DNA from: Pseudoalteromonas translucida KMM 520 | Lineage (GTDB): Bacteria > Pseudomonadota > Gammaproteobacteria > Enterobacterales > Alteromonadaceae | Direction of reading: 5' to 3' | NCBI RefSeq assembly: GCF_001465295.1 | Contig: NZ_CP011034.1 | Coordinates: 3,000,001-3,032,000 of the forward strand | DNA length: 32,000 nt | Part shown: piece by piece, positions 8,208-18,653 of the stretch | Layout of the letters: every line of letters begins with the position of its first letter | How positions within the stretch are numbered: position 1 is the stretch's first letter | Position numbers and translations under genes: made by a program | The notes under the pieces: model-generated | Told to the model about the DNA's origin: nothing | What the model saw: only the letters and a program-made list of their open reading frames with translations | Databases searched by the model: none

Positions 8208-9635
8208 TTAAATTTTAATACACACGTATTTTTCTTCGAGGTACTCATTTAATCCTTGATGCCCCCCTTCGCGGCCAAGGCCCGATTGCTTAACGCCACC
8301 AAATGGCGCTACAGGGTTAGAAATAACACCTTCGTTTACACCAATCATGCCAAACTCAAGACCTTCGCTAATGCGGTAAACCTGCTTAATATTTTGGCTA
8401 TAAAAATAAGCGGCTAAGCCGTAAGGTACGTCGTTTGCTAGGGTAAGTACTTCGCTTTCATCATCAAAAGGAATAATTGTTAATACTGGGCCAAATACTT
8501 CTTCATGGTAAATATCCATGTCGGCAGTGACGTTATTTACAATCAGCGGGTTTTGAAAGCTGCCACCTAAATCACTGTTATCACCTATCAATACTGCCCC
8601 CTTATCTAGTGCGTCTTGTACTAGTTGCTGTACTTTTTCTTTCGCCTTAGGGTAAATAAGCGGGCCAATATCAACATCTGCTGTAAAGCCATTACCGACT
8701 TTTAAAGCAGCCACCTTAGGGGTTAGTTTATTAAGTACTGCATCAATAATATTACGTTGAATAAAGATACGGTTTGCAGCAACACAAGCTTGCCCACTAT
8801 TTCTAAACTTAGCCGCCATTAATCCCTCAATAGCTGCATCTAGGTCTGCATTATCATAAATAATGAAAGGTGCGTTTCCTCCAAGCTCCATAGAAGTGCG
8901 CTTAATAGTACCTGCGCATTGCGCTAATAACTGCTTGCCTACACCCGTTGAGCCGGTAAAAGTAAACTTACGCACTATTTCAGAGTCGGTTAGTATTTTT
9001 CCTACTTTTTTAGCATTTTGCGATACTAAGACGTTAAATGCCCCTTTTTCAAACCCTGCTTGATCGGCTAAATAGGCAAGTGCAATAGCACATAATGGGG
9101 TGTGCTCAGAAGGTTTTAATATAAAACTACAACCGGCTGCATAAGCGGGGGCAACTTTACGCGTGATCATAGCAACAGGAAAATTCCATGGTGTGATCCC
9201 TGCAACAACTCCTACAGCCTGCTTAAAGCTGGTTAACCTATGGCTGTTGTCGGTAGCAGGTATAACATCGCCATAGCTGCGCTTAGCTTCCTCGGCAAAC
9301 CATTTTATAAAGCCCGCGCCGTAATCAATTTCGCCCAACGCTTCTTTAAGTGGTTTACCTTGCTCTTTGGTCATTAACTCTGCAAGCGTTTGCTTGTGTT
9401 TTATAACTAGCTCATACCAGCGCATCAAGGTTTCGCTTCGTTGCGTAGCATTGGTTGCTTTTAATTTAACAAATGCGCTTTGAGCTGCAACTATTGCATT
9501 ATTTACACCCAGCTCATCAATATCGCTTACATCAATAATACTTTTTTCGGTAGCGGGATCGTTAACGCTAAAGTGCGTATTTGTTTTATAAAATTCACCA
9601 TTAATAAACGAGTCAGAAAAAATAAGATTACTCAA
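8208..9635 (-). CDS. gabD: NAD(P)-dependent succinate-semialdehyde dehydrogenase (ALDH superfamily)
   Basis: 475 aa. ITPWNFPVAMITRK, catalytic Glu in ELGGNAP, catalytic Cys in GQACVAANR, and the C-terminus APFGGVKQSGLGREG...YLEEKYVCI are closely colinear with E. coli GabD. Confidence 0.85.
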   Translation of the reverse strand: MSNLIFSDSFINGEFYKTNTHFSVNDPATEKSIIDVSDIDELGVNNAIVAAQSAFVKLKATNATQRSETLMRWYELVIKHKQTLAELMTKEQGKPLKEALGEIDYGAGFIKWFAEEAKRSYGDVIPATDNSHRLTSFKQAVGVVAGITPWNFPVAMITRKVAPAYAAGCSFILKPSEHTPLCAIALAYLADQAGFEKGAFNVLVSQNAKKVGKILTDSEIVRKFTFTGSTGVGKQLLAQCAGTIKRTSMELGGNAPFIIYDNADLDAAIEGLMAAKFRNSGQACVAANRIFIQRNIIDAVLNKLTPKVAALKVGNGFTADVDIGPLIYPKAKEKVQQLVQDALDKGAVLIGDNSDLGGSFQNPLIVNNVTADMDIYHEEVFGPVLTIIPFDDESEVLTLANDVPYGLAAYFYSQNIKQVYRISEGLEFGMIGVNEGVISNPVAPFGGVKQSGLGREGGHQGLNEYLEEKYVCIKI

Positions 9636-9760
9636 AATAAACCTCCGAATTACCGTTTAATTTAAAATGTAGATGTTAGCGTTTAATGCATGGCATAGAG
9701 CCAAAGCTAACTTTTTAGATAAGCCTGCGCGAGGTAAACTCCCGCCTACCCTGCGGTGTA

Positions 9761-9793
9761 CAAACAAAAAAGCCGCTGTATTAAACAGCGGCT
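9761..9793 (-). terminator. intrinsic terminator ending the isc operon after fdx
   Basis: Stem AGCCGCTG (9771-9778) pairing with CAGCGGCT (9786-9793). On the minus strand it is followed by TTTTTGTTTG (rc of 9761-9770). It sits 24 nt after the fdx stop. Confidence 0.8.
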
Positions 9794-9816
9794 TTTACTA
9801 TATTAATCGTTAAAAG

Positions 9817-10155
9817 CTAGTGCTCTTCATTAACTATATTAACGTTATACTTAGGTATTTCAACCACTAGGTCTTCATCTCTAATAATAGCTTGGCAACC
9901 TAAGCGCGACTCTGGCTCTAAGCCCCATGCTTTATCAAGCATATCGTCTTCTAACTCATCGCTTTCTTCTAGTGAATCAAAGCCTTCGCGGATCACTAAG
10001 TGGCACGTAGTACACGCACATGACTTTTCACACGCGTGAGCAATGCTAATACCATTTTTAAGGGCAACATCAAGAACCGTTTGACCACTAGGTGCTTCAA
10101 TTGCAGCGCCATCTGGACACAATTCTGGATGGGGAAGAAAAATAATTTGTGGCAT
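9817..10155 (-). CDS. fdx: [2Fe-2S] ferredoxin of the ISC system
   Basis: 112 aa. Adrenodoxin-type Cys ligands CEKSCACTTCH ... LGCQ. Position after hscA matches E. coli. Confidence 0.95.
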   Translation of the reverse strand: MPQIIFLPHPELCPDGAAIEAPSGQTVLDVALKNGISIAHACEKSCACTTCHLVIREGFDSLEESDELEDDMLDKAWGLEPESRLGCQAIIRDEDLVVEIPKYNVNIVNEEH

Positions 10156-10166
10156 TCTAATCTCTC

Positions 10167-12029
10167 TTAAATATTGTTTACTGACTGCCCAGTAAGAACT
10201 TTTTTAATTGATGCATCCATTCTGCGTGCGGCAAAATCGCTGCTGGCGTTATCCATTTTTTCAATCGCGGTTTTAATCTCGTTTGGTTGCTGCGCATTCT
10301 CACGCACTTTAACCAATTCTGCAATTTCAGCTCGTAAATATGCTAGTTGCGCTTCGTCAAGTAAACCACTGTCACTCGCAAGTGATGCCTCTAGTGCTTC
10401 AATTACACGTAGTGCTTCTACTTGTTGCTCTTTGAGCATACGCGCTTGCATATCGCCTTTAGCGTTGCTCATTGACTCTTTTAGCATATTAGATACTTGG
10501 TCGTCCGATAAACCAAATGACGGTTTAACTTGAATATCTGCTTGTACGCCTGTCGATTTTTCCATTGCCGATACGCTAAGTAAACCATCGGCGTCTACTT
10601 TAAACGTAACCCGAATATGTGCAGCACCCGCAGTCATTGGCGGAATACCTTTTAAACTAAACTTAGCAAGAGAGCGACAATCGTCTACCAATTCGCGCTC
10701 ACCTTGTAGTACGTGCAACGACATGGCCGTTTGGCCATCTTTAAAAGTAGTAAACTCTTGAGCACGTGCTACTGGTATAGTGGTATTACGTGGAATAATT
10801 TTTTCCACCAAGCCACCCATAGTTTCAAGACCTAGCGATAGTGGTAATACGTCGAGTAACAACATATCTGAATCAGGTTTATTACCAATTAACACATCTG
10901 CTTGCAACGCAGCGCCTAGCGCTACAACGCGATCGGGATCAATTGACGTTAGTGCTTCTTTATTAAAAAACTCACTAACTTGGCTGCGTACTAATGGCAT
11001 GCGAGTAGAGCCACCCACCATAATTACTTGCAGCACTTCTTCGTTCTCAATACCAGCATCTTTTACAGCACGGCGACAAGAACGAAGCGTTTTTTTAACT
11101 AGTGGTATCGCAAGCTCGTCAAGTTTTTCGCGGGTCACTTCAACCATGTATTTCTCATCATCAAACTCAAGCCCAACATTAACAGTTGAGTATTGGCTTA
11201 ATGCTTCTTTACAGGCTTTAGCTTTATTAATAAATAAGCGCAGTACCGCTGGAGATAAAGTGGTTACACCCGTTTGCTGCTTTAAGTAATCAACAATCAG
11301 TGAGTCAAAGTCATCGCCGCCTAGGCTGGAGTCGCCGCCTGTAGCTAATACTTCAAATACACCTTGGTGCAAGCGCAAAATTGATATATCGAAGGTGCCA
11401 CCGCCTAAATCGTAAACAGCAATAATACCTTCTTGACCCGAGTCTAAACCATAAGCAACAGCGGCTGCTGTTGGCTCATTTAATAATCGTAGTACGTTAA
11501 TACCTGCAAGTTCAGCGGCATCTTTTGTACTTTGGCGCTGAGCGTCATCAAAGTATGCCGGTACGGTAATAACTGCACCTAAAATTTCTTGATTACCAAA
11601 GCTTTGTTCTGCACGGGCTTTTAATGCAGCTAAAATATGGCTAGATGCTTTTACTGGGCTGATTTTTCCAGCTGCTGTTTCTATGGCAAGTGCACCATCG
11701 TGCTGACAAAATTGATACGGTAGTTGCCCATAGCTTTGTTCTATTTCTGCTTGGGTTTTACCTAAAAAGCGCTTAACTGAAATAAGCGTGTTAACTGGGT
11801 CTTGCGTTGCTGCTTTTGCAGCTTCGCTACCTACAGTGATCCCACCCGCTTGATAACGCACTACCGAAGGAAGCATTGCTTCACCTAAGTCATCTGTTAA
11901 GGTGCGTGCTTCGCCACTTTGTACCGTGGCTACCAATGAGTTAGTTGTACCTAGGTCAATACCTATGGCTAGTTTATGTTCATGTGGTGCCGCGCTCTGC
12001 CCCGGCTCAGCAATTTGCAATAATGCCAT
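10167..12029 (-). CDS. hscA: Fe-S cluster assembly Hsp70-type chaperone HscA
   Basis: 620 aa. Hsp70 signatures [19 protein letters not shown] and DLGGGTFD. Located between hscB and fdx. Confidence 0.95.
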   Translation of the reverse strand: MALLQIAEPGQSAAPHEHKLAIGIDLGTTNSLVATVQSGEARTLTDDLGEAMLPSVVRYQAGGITVGSEAAKAATQDPVNTLISVKRFLGKTQAEIEQSYGQLPYQFCQHDGALAIETAAGKISPVKASSHILAALKARAEQSFGNQEILGAVITVPAYFDDAQRQSTKDAAELAGINVLRLLNEPTAAAVAYGLDSGQEGIIAVYDLGGGTFDISILRLHQGVFEVLATGGDSSLGGDDFDSLIVDYLKQQTGVTTLSPAVLRLFINKAKACKEALSQYSTVNVGLEFDDEKYMVEVTREKLDELAIPLVKKTLRSCRRAVKDAGIENEEVLQVIMVGGSTRMPLVRSQVSEFFNKEALTSIDPDRVVALGAALQADVLIGNKPDSDMLLLDVLPLSLGLETMGGLVEKIIPRNTTIPVARAQEFTTFKDGQTAMSLHVLQGERELVDDCRSLAKFSLKGIPPMTAGAAHIRVTFKVDADGLLSVSAMEKSTGVQADIQVKPSFGLSDDQVSNMLKESMSNAKGDMQARMLKEQQVEALRVIEALEASLASDSGLLDEAQLAYLRAEIAELVKVRENAQQPNEIKTAIEKMDNASSDFAARRMDASIKKVLTGQSVNNI

Positions 12030-12081
12030 AATATTTTTTAAACTCGCTTTACCTTGCTTTATAAATTAGCAAGTTAGGTGA

Positions 12082-12609
12082 TTAATCATCAAATAAACTG
12101 TCTTCAATACGCTCTAATTCGTCACGTAATTTATAAACAAATTTTAGTTTACGAACATTATCTGCAGCGGCTTGGTATTGCTGCTCGTCGTTACTTGCTA
12201 ATTGCTGTGCAAGTTGTGCACTGTATTGTTCGTTAAGTTGCTTGATTTGTTTTTCAAAATTAGCAATTGCAGCGTCAGGATCGCTCGCTGAGGTTAGCTC
12301 TTCTAACTCTTCGCGAAGTTCCATTTGTTGCATTAAAAATGCCGGATCTTGCAAGGTTTGTTGCTCAGCACGAATATCGACACCTAACTCACTTAACATA
12401 TATTCGGCACGCTTTACTGGGTGCTTTAATATTTGTAGTGCGTCGTTAATTTCTGCGGCGCTTTGCACTGCCATTAATTTATCGCGACTGCTGGCGTTGG
12501 CATGGCGATCGGGGTGCACTGCACGCTGTAGCTCTAAGTAGTGCTTGTTAACTATTACTAAATCAATATTGTAGTCAACTGGTATTGCAAATAACTCAAA
12601 ATAGCGCAT
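12082..12609 (-). CDS. hscB: Fe-S cluster co-chaperone HscB (J-domain)
   Basis: The ORF track begins at TTG 12621. ATG 12609 (MRYFELF...) aligns with E. coli MDYFTLF. J-domain HPD motif present (VHPDRH). About 175 aa. Confidence 0.9.
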   Translation of the reverse strand: MRYFELFAIPVDYNIDLVIVNKHYLELQRAVHPDRHANASSRDKLMAVQSAAEINDALQILKHPVKRAEYMLSELGVDIRAEQQTLQDPAFLMQQMELREELEELTSASDPDAAIANFEKQIKQLNEQYSAQLAQQLASNDEQQYQAAADNVRKLKFVYKLRDELERIEDSLFDD

Positions 12610-12640
12610 AACTTCAACCAATAATATTCAGAAATTAATT

Positions 12641-12678
12641 TCAAAAATAACAAAGCCCTACATTTATTGGCAGGGCTT
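12641..12678 (-). terminator. intra-operon stem-loop with U-tract between iscA and hscB (possible partial terminator or processing barrier)
   Basis: Minus-strand RNA reads AAGCCCUGC-CAAUAAAU-GUAGGGCUU (9 bp including one GU), followed by UGUUAUUUUUGA. Confidence 0.4.
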
Positions 12679-12721
12679 GTTTTATACCCAAGTAACTTAG
12701 GTATTCAAAACACGTTTAAAT

Positions 12722-13045
12722 TTAAACGGTAAAGCTTTCACCACAACCACACTCGTCAGCTTGATTAGGGTTAGTAAATTTAAACCCTTCATTCAAGCCT
12801 TCTTTAGTGTAATCGAGCTGCGTACCGTCAATGTAAACTAAGCTTTTAGCATCAACAATTAAGGTAACGCCTTTTGCTACAAATGTTTCGTCGTCGTCGT
12901 TTAGCTCGTCAACAAACTCAAGTACATAGGCAAGACCTGAACAGCCCGTCGTTTTAATGCCAACGCGCAGGCCTAAACCTTTACCGCGATTTGCTAAAAA
13001 TGATTGTACGCGGTTTGCTGCCGCATCTGTCAATGTCACTGCCAT
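12722..13045 (-). CDS. iscA: Fe-S cluster insertion/A-type carrier protein IscA
   Basis: 107 aa. Conserved Cys ligands (GCSG ... CGCGESF) and the C-terminus typical of IscA. Confidence 0.95.
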   Translation of the reverse strand: MAVTLTDAAANRVQSFLANRGKGLGLRVGIKTTGCSGLAYVLEFVDELNDDDETFVAKGVTLIVDAKSLVYIDGTQLDYTKEGLNEGFKFTNPNQADECGCGESFTV

Positions 13046-13054
13046 GGAACTCTC

Positions 13055-13438
13055 TTACTTCGCTTGTTTACTTTTATAGTTTGCAATTGCTGCTTGAATT
13101 GCATCTTCGGCTAAAATTGAACAGTGAATTTTCACTGGTGGTAACTCTAGCTCTGCACTTATATCAGTATTTTTAATAGTCGCTGCTTGCTCTAGTGTTT
13201 TGCCTTTAACCCACTCTGTTACCAGTGAAGATGAAGCAATTGCACTACCACAACCATACGTTTTAAATTTTGCATCTTCGATAATACCATCGGCAGATAC
13301 TTTAATTTGTAATTTCATTACGTCACCACATGCTGGTGCGCCTACCATACCCGTTGCCACTGACGGATCATTTTTGTCTAAAACACCTACGTTACGTGGG
13401 TTTTCTACGTGGTCGATTACTTTATCACTGTAAGCCAT
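13055..13438 (-). CDS. iscU: Fe-S cluster scaffold IscU
   Basis: The track ORF extends to 13501 and would overlap iscS. ATG 13438 (MAYSDKVIDHVENPRNVG) follows GAGGA and gives 127 aa. Scaffold Cys residues (APACGD, YGCGSAIAS, IHCS) and the LPPVK HscA-binding motif are present. Confidence 0.95.
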   Translation of the reverse strand: MAYSDKVIDHVENPRNVGVLDKNDPSVATGMVGAPACGDVMKLQIKVSADGIIEDAKFKTYGCGSAIASSSLVTEWVKGKTLEQAATIKNTDISAELELPPVKIHCSILAEDAIQAAIANYKSKQAK

Positions 13439-13481
13439 AATTCTATCCTCACTACCTGCTAGGTATGTACTCGCACTATTA

Positions 13482-14699
13482 TTAGTGGTGAGCCCATTCA
13501 ACTGAATCTAAATCAATACCTTCTTGATGCATCTCCCAAAGTGGAGACATTTCACGTAGGCGACCGATAGAGTTTTTCATTAATTCAACGGTGTAATCAA
13601 TCTCTTCTTCGGTGGTAAAACGACCAATACTAAAACGAATTGAGCTATGCGCTAATTCGTCGTTACGGCCAAGTGCACGTAAAACATAAGAAGGCTCTAA
13701 GCTTGCTGACGTACAGGCTGAACCTGACGATACTGCAATGTCTTTTACTGCCATTAGTAACGACTCACCTTCAACAAAGTTAAAGCTGATATTTACAATG
13801 CCTGGTACTGACTGATCTTGTGTACCGTTAAAGTACACTTCTTCCATATCACTCATAATACCGTCAATTAAACGCTTACGTAGGGCGCTTATGTGTGCAT
13901 GATCTTTTTCGAAATCTTGCTTAGCAACTCTAAACGCTGTACCCATACCCACTAACTGATGCGTAGCAAGTGTGCCAGAGCGCATACCACGTTCATGGCC
14001 GCCACCGTGCATTTGTGCTTCTAGGCGAGCGCGTGGTTTACGACGAACGTAAAGTGCACCAACACCTTTAGGACCATATACTTTGTGGCCTGAGAATGAC
14101 ATAAAATCAACTTTAAGCTGTTGTACGTCAATTAATACTTTACCTGCGCTTTGCGCTGCATCTACGTGGAACATAATTTTACGTTCGCGACACATTTCGC
14201 CAATTGTAGCGATATCTTGAATTACACCTAGCTCGTTATTAACATGCATGATGCTTACAAGTACGGTGTCGTCACGCATAGTGTCGGCAAGTTTTTGTAA
14301 ATCAAGTAGGCCGTTTTCTTCAACGTCCATATAGGTTACTTCAAAACCTTGACGCTCAAGCTCACGACATGTGTCGATTACGGCTTTGTGCTCAGTTTTA
14401 GCGGTAATAATATGCTTACCTTTCTTTTTGTAAAACTGTGCCGCGCCTTTAATTGCTAGGTTATTTGATTCGGTTGCACCCGAAGTGAAAACAATTTCAC
14501 GTGGGTCTGCATTAATTAAATCAGCAACATCGGTACGTGCTTGATCAACTACTTCTTCAGCTTGCCAACCAAACCTATGTGAACGTGACGCAGGATTACC
14601 AAAATTACCGTCCATTGTCAGGCATTGCATCATTTCTTTGGCAACACGTTCGTCAACAGGCGTGGTTGCTGCGTAATCTAAATAAATCGGTAACTTCAT
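13482..14699 (-). CDS. iscS: cysteine desulfurase IscS
   Basis: 405 aa. PLP-lysine motif [12 protein letters not shown], active-site loop SSGSACTS, C-terminus EWAHH as in E. coli IscS. Confidence 0.95.
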   Translation of the reverse strand: MKLPIYLDYAATTPVDERVAKEMMQCLTMDGNFGNPASRSHRFGWQAEEVVDQARTDVADLINADPREIVFTSGATESNNLAIKGAAQFYKKKGKHIITAKTEHKAVIDTCRELERQGFEVTYMDVEENGLLDLQKLADTMRDDTVLVSIMHVNNELGVIQDIATIGEMCRERKIMFHVDAAQSAGKVLIDVQQLKVDFMSFSGHKVYGPKGVGALYVRRKPRARLEAQMHGGGHERGMRSGTLATHQLVGMGTAFRVAKQDFEKDHAHISALRKRLIDGIMSDMEEVYFNGTQDQSVPGIVNISFNFVEGESLLMAVKDIAVSSGSACTSASLEPSYVLRALGRNDELAHSSIRFSIGRFTTEEEIDYTVELMKNSIGRLREMSPLWEMHQEGIDLDSVEWAHH

Positions 14700-14723
14700 T
14701 TCTCTCTCCGCTGCAGGTCAACC

Positions 14724-15215
14724 TTAAAGTTGACAGCTTACTTGAATATTTTCCAACTGCTTAATTGCATCATTAACACTGTTATCTTGGCGTAATGCGA
14801 TCTCTTTCACATCAGATTTCTCTACCAATTCAGCAAGGGTAATATTATCTAAAAATTCTTCTATTCGTGCGCTTAAATCTGACCACAAGTTATGGGTAAG
14901 ACAGCGCATACCACTTTGGCAACCTATATCACTTTTTTGGCAACGTGTTGCATCAACTGACTCATCTACTGCATTTATCACATCACCAACAGAAATAGCG
15001 TCCGCTTTACGCCCCAATAAATAACCACCGCCAGGGCCGCGAACAGAACTTACCAAACCATTTTTACGTAAACGGGCAAACAACTGCTCAAGGTAAGACA
15101 AAGAAATTTCTTGTCGCTGTGAAATATCAGCAAGGGCAACAGGACCTACACCTGTGTGCAGTGCAACATCCAGCATAGCTGTAACGGCATACCTGCCTTT
15201 TGATGTTAACTTCAT
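14724..15215 (-). CDS. iscR: Fe-S cluster regulator IscR (Rrf2 family)
   Basis: 163 aa. [19 protein letters not shown]..., cluster ligands C-x5-C-x5-C-x2-H ([18 protein letters not shown]). GGAGGG SD upstream. Confidence 0.95.
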   Translation of the reverse strand: MKLTSKGRYAVTAMLDVALHTGVGPVALADISQRQEISLSYLEQLFARLRKNGLVSSVRGPGGGYLLGRKADAISVGDVINAVDESVDATRCQKSDIGCQSGMRCLTHNLWSDLSARIEEFLDNITLAELVEKSDVKEIALRQDNSVNDAIKQLENIQVSCQL

Positions 15216-15247
15216 AACGCCCTCCGCACAAAAGAGTGCAAATTTTA

Positions 15248-15272
15248 ATTACCAGAGTAAATTAGTCAAGTA
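15248..15272 (-). promoter_or_regulatory. IscR type-1 binding site A (promoter-proximal)
   Basis: The minus strand reads ATACTTGACTAATTTACTCTGGTAA against the consensus ATASYYGACTRWWWYAGTCRRSTAT. It embeds the -35 TTGACT (15268->15263), which lies 16 bp from TAAAAT (15246->15241). Confidence 0.7.
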
Positions 15273-15306
15273 TTAAAACTTAAAACAAGTTCTTAGCTAA
15301 ACACGT

Positions 15307-15331
15307 AATACCTGAGTGTTTTACTCAAGTA
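15307..15331 (-). promoter_or_regulatory. IscR type-1 binding site B
   Basis: The minus strand reads ATACTTGAGTAAAACACTCAGGTAT, about 23/25 to the type-1 consensus by hand. Confidence 0.7.
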
Positions 15332-15346
15332 TTACGTCCTATTGTA

Positions 15347-15371
15347 ATTACCTGAGTAATTTAGTCAAGTA
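15347..15371 (-). promoter_or_regulatory. IscR type-1 binding site C (distal), embedding a second promoter-like module
   Basis: The minus strand reads ATACTTGACTAAATTACTCAGGTAA. TTGACT (15367->15362), a 16-bp spacer and TACAAT (15345->15340) form a near-consensus sigma70 promoter. Confidence 0.7.
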
Positions 15372-15422
15372 TTAGCGCGTTATTTAATCGTAGCTTGTTA
15401 TAACTAATTGCTATAACCGCTG

Positions 15423-16148
15423 TTATTTAGGTATCGACTTATTTATAGAGGTTAAAATACCACGCAAAATGTTCATTTCAGCATCTTCAGGGCGAGCACG
15501 ATTAAACATGCGGCGTAACTTGGTCATAACCATGCCTGGGTGCTGCTTAATGATAAACCCTGTATTAAACAGTGTTTCTTCAAGATGGCCGTAAAATAAC
15601 TCAGTTTGTTTTGAGCTAGGGTAAGCGGTGTCATCTTCTTCGGCTATTTTAGGTTGTTGATTTAAAAACGCCATTCGCGTTTCGTAGCATAATGTTTGCA
15701 CTGCCATAGCTAAATTAAGCGAGCTGTACTCTGGATTTGCCGGAATACAAACATGATAATTGCAAAGCTGTAATTCATCGTTGCTCAAGCCGCTATTTTC
15801 ACGACCAAACACCAAAGCAACCGGGCCATTCACAGCTTCGCTTACTAGCTTTTCACCACATTCACGTGGTTCAACCATAGGCCAAGATAGTGTGCGAGAG
15901 CGCGCACTCGTGCCAATGGTTAATGCGCAATCGGCAATTGCATCAGCAACAGTATCAACAATCACAGCATTACCTAAAACATCACTTGCTCCAGCGGCTA
16001 ATGCACTGGCATGACTATCGACTTCACATGCTGGGTCGACTAAATAAAGCTTTGATAAGCCCATGGTTTTCATGGCGCGAGCCGCCGAACCAATATTACC
16101 TGAGTGTGATGTGTTAACTAAAACAACGCGAATATCATCTAAGATCAT
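15423..16148 (-). CDS. trmJ: tRNA (cytidine/uridine-2'-O-)-methyltransferase TrmJ (SpoU/TrmH family)
   Basis: 241 aa. [38 protein letters not shown] and [14 protein letters not shown] are colinear with E. coli TrmJ. It lies upstream of iscR, as in E. coli. Confidence 0.9.
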   Translation of the reverse strand: MILDDIRVVLVNTSHSGNIGSAARAMKTMGLSKLYLVDPACEVDSHASALAAGASDVLGNAVIVDTVADAIADCALTIGTSARSRTLSWPMVEPRECGEKLVSEAVNGPVALVFGRENSGLSNDELQLCNYHVCIPANPEYSSLNLAMAVQTLCYETRMAFLNQQPKIAEEDDTAYPSSKQTELFYGHLEETLFNTGFIIKQHPGMVMTKLRRMFNRARPEDAEMNILRGILTSINKSIPK

Positions 16149-16200
16149 TGCTGTGCTACTTTGTTTGCTGCAAAAAATTGCGCAAATTCTACCATGTAAT

Positions 16201-16231
16201 TAAAAACACGGCTACGATAAGCGCAGCCGTG
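16201..16231 (-). terminator. intrinsic terminator about 150 nt downstream of tldD
   Basis: A 7-bp stem, CACGGCT (16207-16213) pairing with AGCCGTG (16225-16231). On the minus strand it is followed by UUUUUA. An extended -10-like TGGTAGAAT (16194->16186) for trmJ lies just beyond it. Confidence 0.6.
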
Positions 16232-16379
16232 AATAAGGTTTCAGCTCAAAATACAAACCATGTTTAGATTTATATATCGGCTTATTTAAAGCACATACTT
16301 AGTGATCGCAAGCCAATACCCTTTGCTTATGTCCAAACACTGCACTGCTTTTATCTTTTATTAAATCGGATAGCAGTAA

Positions 16380-17819
16380 TTAAGCTGTTCCGCCTACCGT
16401 TAATTTGTCTATTTTCAAACTAGGTTGGCCTACCCCAACAGGAACACTTTGGCCGTCTTTGCCGCACACGCCAACGCCTTTATCGAGCGCTAGGTCGTTA
16501 CCTACCATAGATATTTGCTGCATTACTTCTGGGCCGTTACCTATTAAGGTTGCGCCTTTAATTGGTTGGGTAATTTTACCGTTTTCGATTAAATAGGCTT
16601 CTGATGCGCTAAATACAAATTTACCTGACGTTATATCAACTTGTCCGCCACCAAAATTAGGCGCAAACACGCCTTTTTTAACACTACTGATAATATCTGC
16701 TTGGCTGTGTTCACCGCCTAACATGTAAGTGTTGGTCATGCGTGGCATAGGTAAATGTGCGTACGATTCACGACGTGCGTTACCCGTTGGGCTAACCCCC
16801 ATTAGGCGCGCGTTCATTTTATCTTGCATGTAGCCTTTTAAAATACCGTTTTCGATAAGTACGTTATAAGCCGCAGGTGTGCCTTCGTCGTCTACGTTAA
16901 GTGAGCCACGACGATCAGCCATGGTGCCATCATCAACCACTGTACATAGCTCAGACGCTACTTTTTGCCCTACTTTGCCGCTAAACGCCGACGCGCCTTT
17001 ACGGTTAAAGTCGCCCTCTAGGCCGTGGCCTACGGCTTCGTGTAATAATACACCTGGCCAGCCATTTCCAAGTACCACTTCCATGGTTCCGGCTGGCGCA
17101 TCAATGGCTTCTAAATTTACTTTTGCTTGGCGCACTGCCTCTTCTGCAAACTCCATCCAACGTGGTTTACCATCTACCAACTCTTTAAAATAACCATAAT
17201 CTAAACGCGCACCACCACCGGCACCACCACGTTCACGGCGACCATTTTTTTCAAGTAGTACTGAGCAATTTAAACGAATAAGTGGGCGAATATCGGTGGC
17301 AAAAGTACCGTCGCTAGCGGCAATAAGTACTTCTTCGTATACGGCCGACATTGAACTTATTACTTGCTCTGCGTCGGGTGCGAGTTCACGAATATAGTTT
17401 TCAAGCTCACGTAACAAGTTTACTTTATCGGTATCGCTCATACTTGAAATTGGCTGGTGCGGGGCAAACTGCTGCTTTGCAGTTACATCGCTAAACACTT
17501 GAATTGATTTATTTTCACCGGCATCGGCAATGCTACGCGCTGCAGTTGCGGCTTTATTAAGTGCCTCTAGGGTGATTGCATCTGAGTACGAAAAGCCGGT
17601 TTTTTCGCCGCTTACTGCGCGTACACCTACGCCTCGCTCAACATTGTATGAACCTTCTTTTACTAAGCCGTCTTCAAGTACCCATGACTCATGGTGACTT
17701 GATTGAAAGTATAAATCAGCGTAATCCACTTTATGTTGATGAATGTAGGCGAGCGTTTTTTCGAGTTCTTCTCGATTTAGCTGGCTGTCGTGTAATAAAT
17801 GCTGTTCAACCGTATTCAT
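16380..17819 (-). CDS. tldD: metalloprotease TldD
   Basis: 479 aa (E. coli 481). Metal-binding motif HEAVGHGLE. The C-terminal Gly-rich region is conserved. The ATGA start/stop overlaps the upstream hydrolase gene. Confidence 0.9.
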   Translation of the reverse strand: MNTVEQHLLHDSQLNREELEKTLAYIHQHKVDYADLYFQSSHHESWVLEDGLVKEGSYNVERGVGVRAVSGEKTGFSYSDAITLEALNKAATAARSIADAGENKSIQVFSDVTAKQQFAPHQPISSMSDTDKVNLLRELENYIRELAPDAEQVISSMSAVYEEVLIAASDGTFATDIRPLIRLNCSVLLEKNGRRERGGAGGGARLDYGYFKELVDGKPRWMEFAEEAVRQAKVNLEAIDAPAGTMEVVLGNGWPGVLLHEAVGHGLEGDFNRKGASAFSGKVGQKVASELCTVVDDGTMADRRGSLNVDDEGTPAAYNVLIENGILKGYMQDKMNARLMGVSPTGNARRESYAHLPMPRMTNTYMLGGEHSQADIISSVKKGVFAPNFGGGQVDITSGKFVFSASEAYLIENGKITQPIKGATLIGNGPEVMQQISMVGNDLALDKGVGVCGKDGQSVPVGVGQPSLKIDKLTVGGTA

Positions 17820-18643
17820 AATAAATGCTCTCTAAATCGTTGATGAGATTGCACTGGCATATCTCGTCGAATTTTGTGTAATTGCTTTAAATCTAACGTG
17901 GCGCTTATAAAACCTGTGCCTGTGGGCAACTCACTTAGTGTATCCCCCCAAGGAGACAGAACTATACTGTGGCCATAGGTTTGGCGGCCATTTTCATGTG
18001 TTCCATATTGCGCTGCAGCAATCACATAACATTGTGTTTCTATTGCACGAGCCGCCAATAAAGGTTGCCAATGGGCTTTCCCGGTCACTACGGTAAAGGC
18101 GCTAGGGACTAATATAACTTCTGCGCCTTGGCGTACAAGTTGAGTATATAAAGCACTAAAGCGCAGATCATAACATACTGTTAAGCCAATTTTACCAAAG
18201 GGAGAGTCGACAACAACAACTTCATTTCCTGCTTGAGTAAAGTCTGATTCTCGATAGCTGGCCGTTGAATCGTCAACTGTTACATCAAATAAATGCATTT
18301 TATTGTAGCTGGCAACGAGTTCACCTTGAGCATTAAATAAGTGCGACGCGGCGTAATATTTACTGTCACTATAAGGCTCTGGCATAGTACCGGCGCTTAA
18401 CCAAATATTATGCAATTGGCACAGCTCGCTTAACTGCTGCTTATAACGCTCTGCATGCTTAGCCACTTTTAAGGTATCGTTACCCGATTTACTAAACACT
18501 AAAAAGGCTTCAGGCAAGCATACTAACAATGGCCTTGTAGTGGGTAATTGTTGTAGCTGATTGACTAACGTTTGCATGTTTTGCTCAGGATCACCCCCTG
18601 AGCACATTTGCAGGGCAATAATTGTCGGAATTGCTTTACTCAT
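17816..18643 (-). CDS. carbon-nitrogen hydrolase family protein (Nit-type amidase)
   Basis: 275 aa. The nitrilase-superfamily Glu-Lys-Cys triad is recognisable ([23 protein letters not shown]). Confidence 0.85.
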   Translation of the reverse strand: MSKAIPTIIALQMCSGGDPEQNMQTLVNQLQQLPTTRPLLVCLPEAFLVFSKSGNDTLKVAKHAERYKQQLSELCQLHNIWLSAGTMPEPYSDSKYYAASHLFNAQGELVASYNKMHLFDVTVDDSTASYRESDFTQAGNEVVVVDSPFGKIGLTVCYDLRFSALYTQLVRQGAEVILVPSAFTVVTGKAHWQPLLAARAIETQCYVIAAAQYGTHENGRQTYGHSIVLSPWGDTLSELPTGTGFISATLDLKQLHKIRRDMPVQSHQRFREHLL

Positions 18644-18653
18644 TGACTATTTT

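Noticed and set aside
9480-9665. 61-aa plus-strand ORF spanning the gabD start and its upstream region.
   Set aside because: It mostly overlaps the gabD N-terminal coding region in antisense. The sequence is low-complexity and Ile/Asn-rich, with no SD.
9688-9703. Sigma54-like TGGC...TGC motif on the minus strand upstream of gabD.
   Set aside because: The GG-to-GC spacing is off by one relative to TGGCAC-N5-TTGC and the -12 element lacks TTGC. Sigma54 promoters do not tolerate this.
12991-13176. 61-aa plus-strand ORF across the iscA/iscU junction, and similarly 14537..14764 across iscS/iscR.
   Set aside because: Both are antisense to highly conserved isc genes, with no supporting features. 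They are shadow ORFs.
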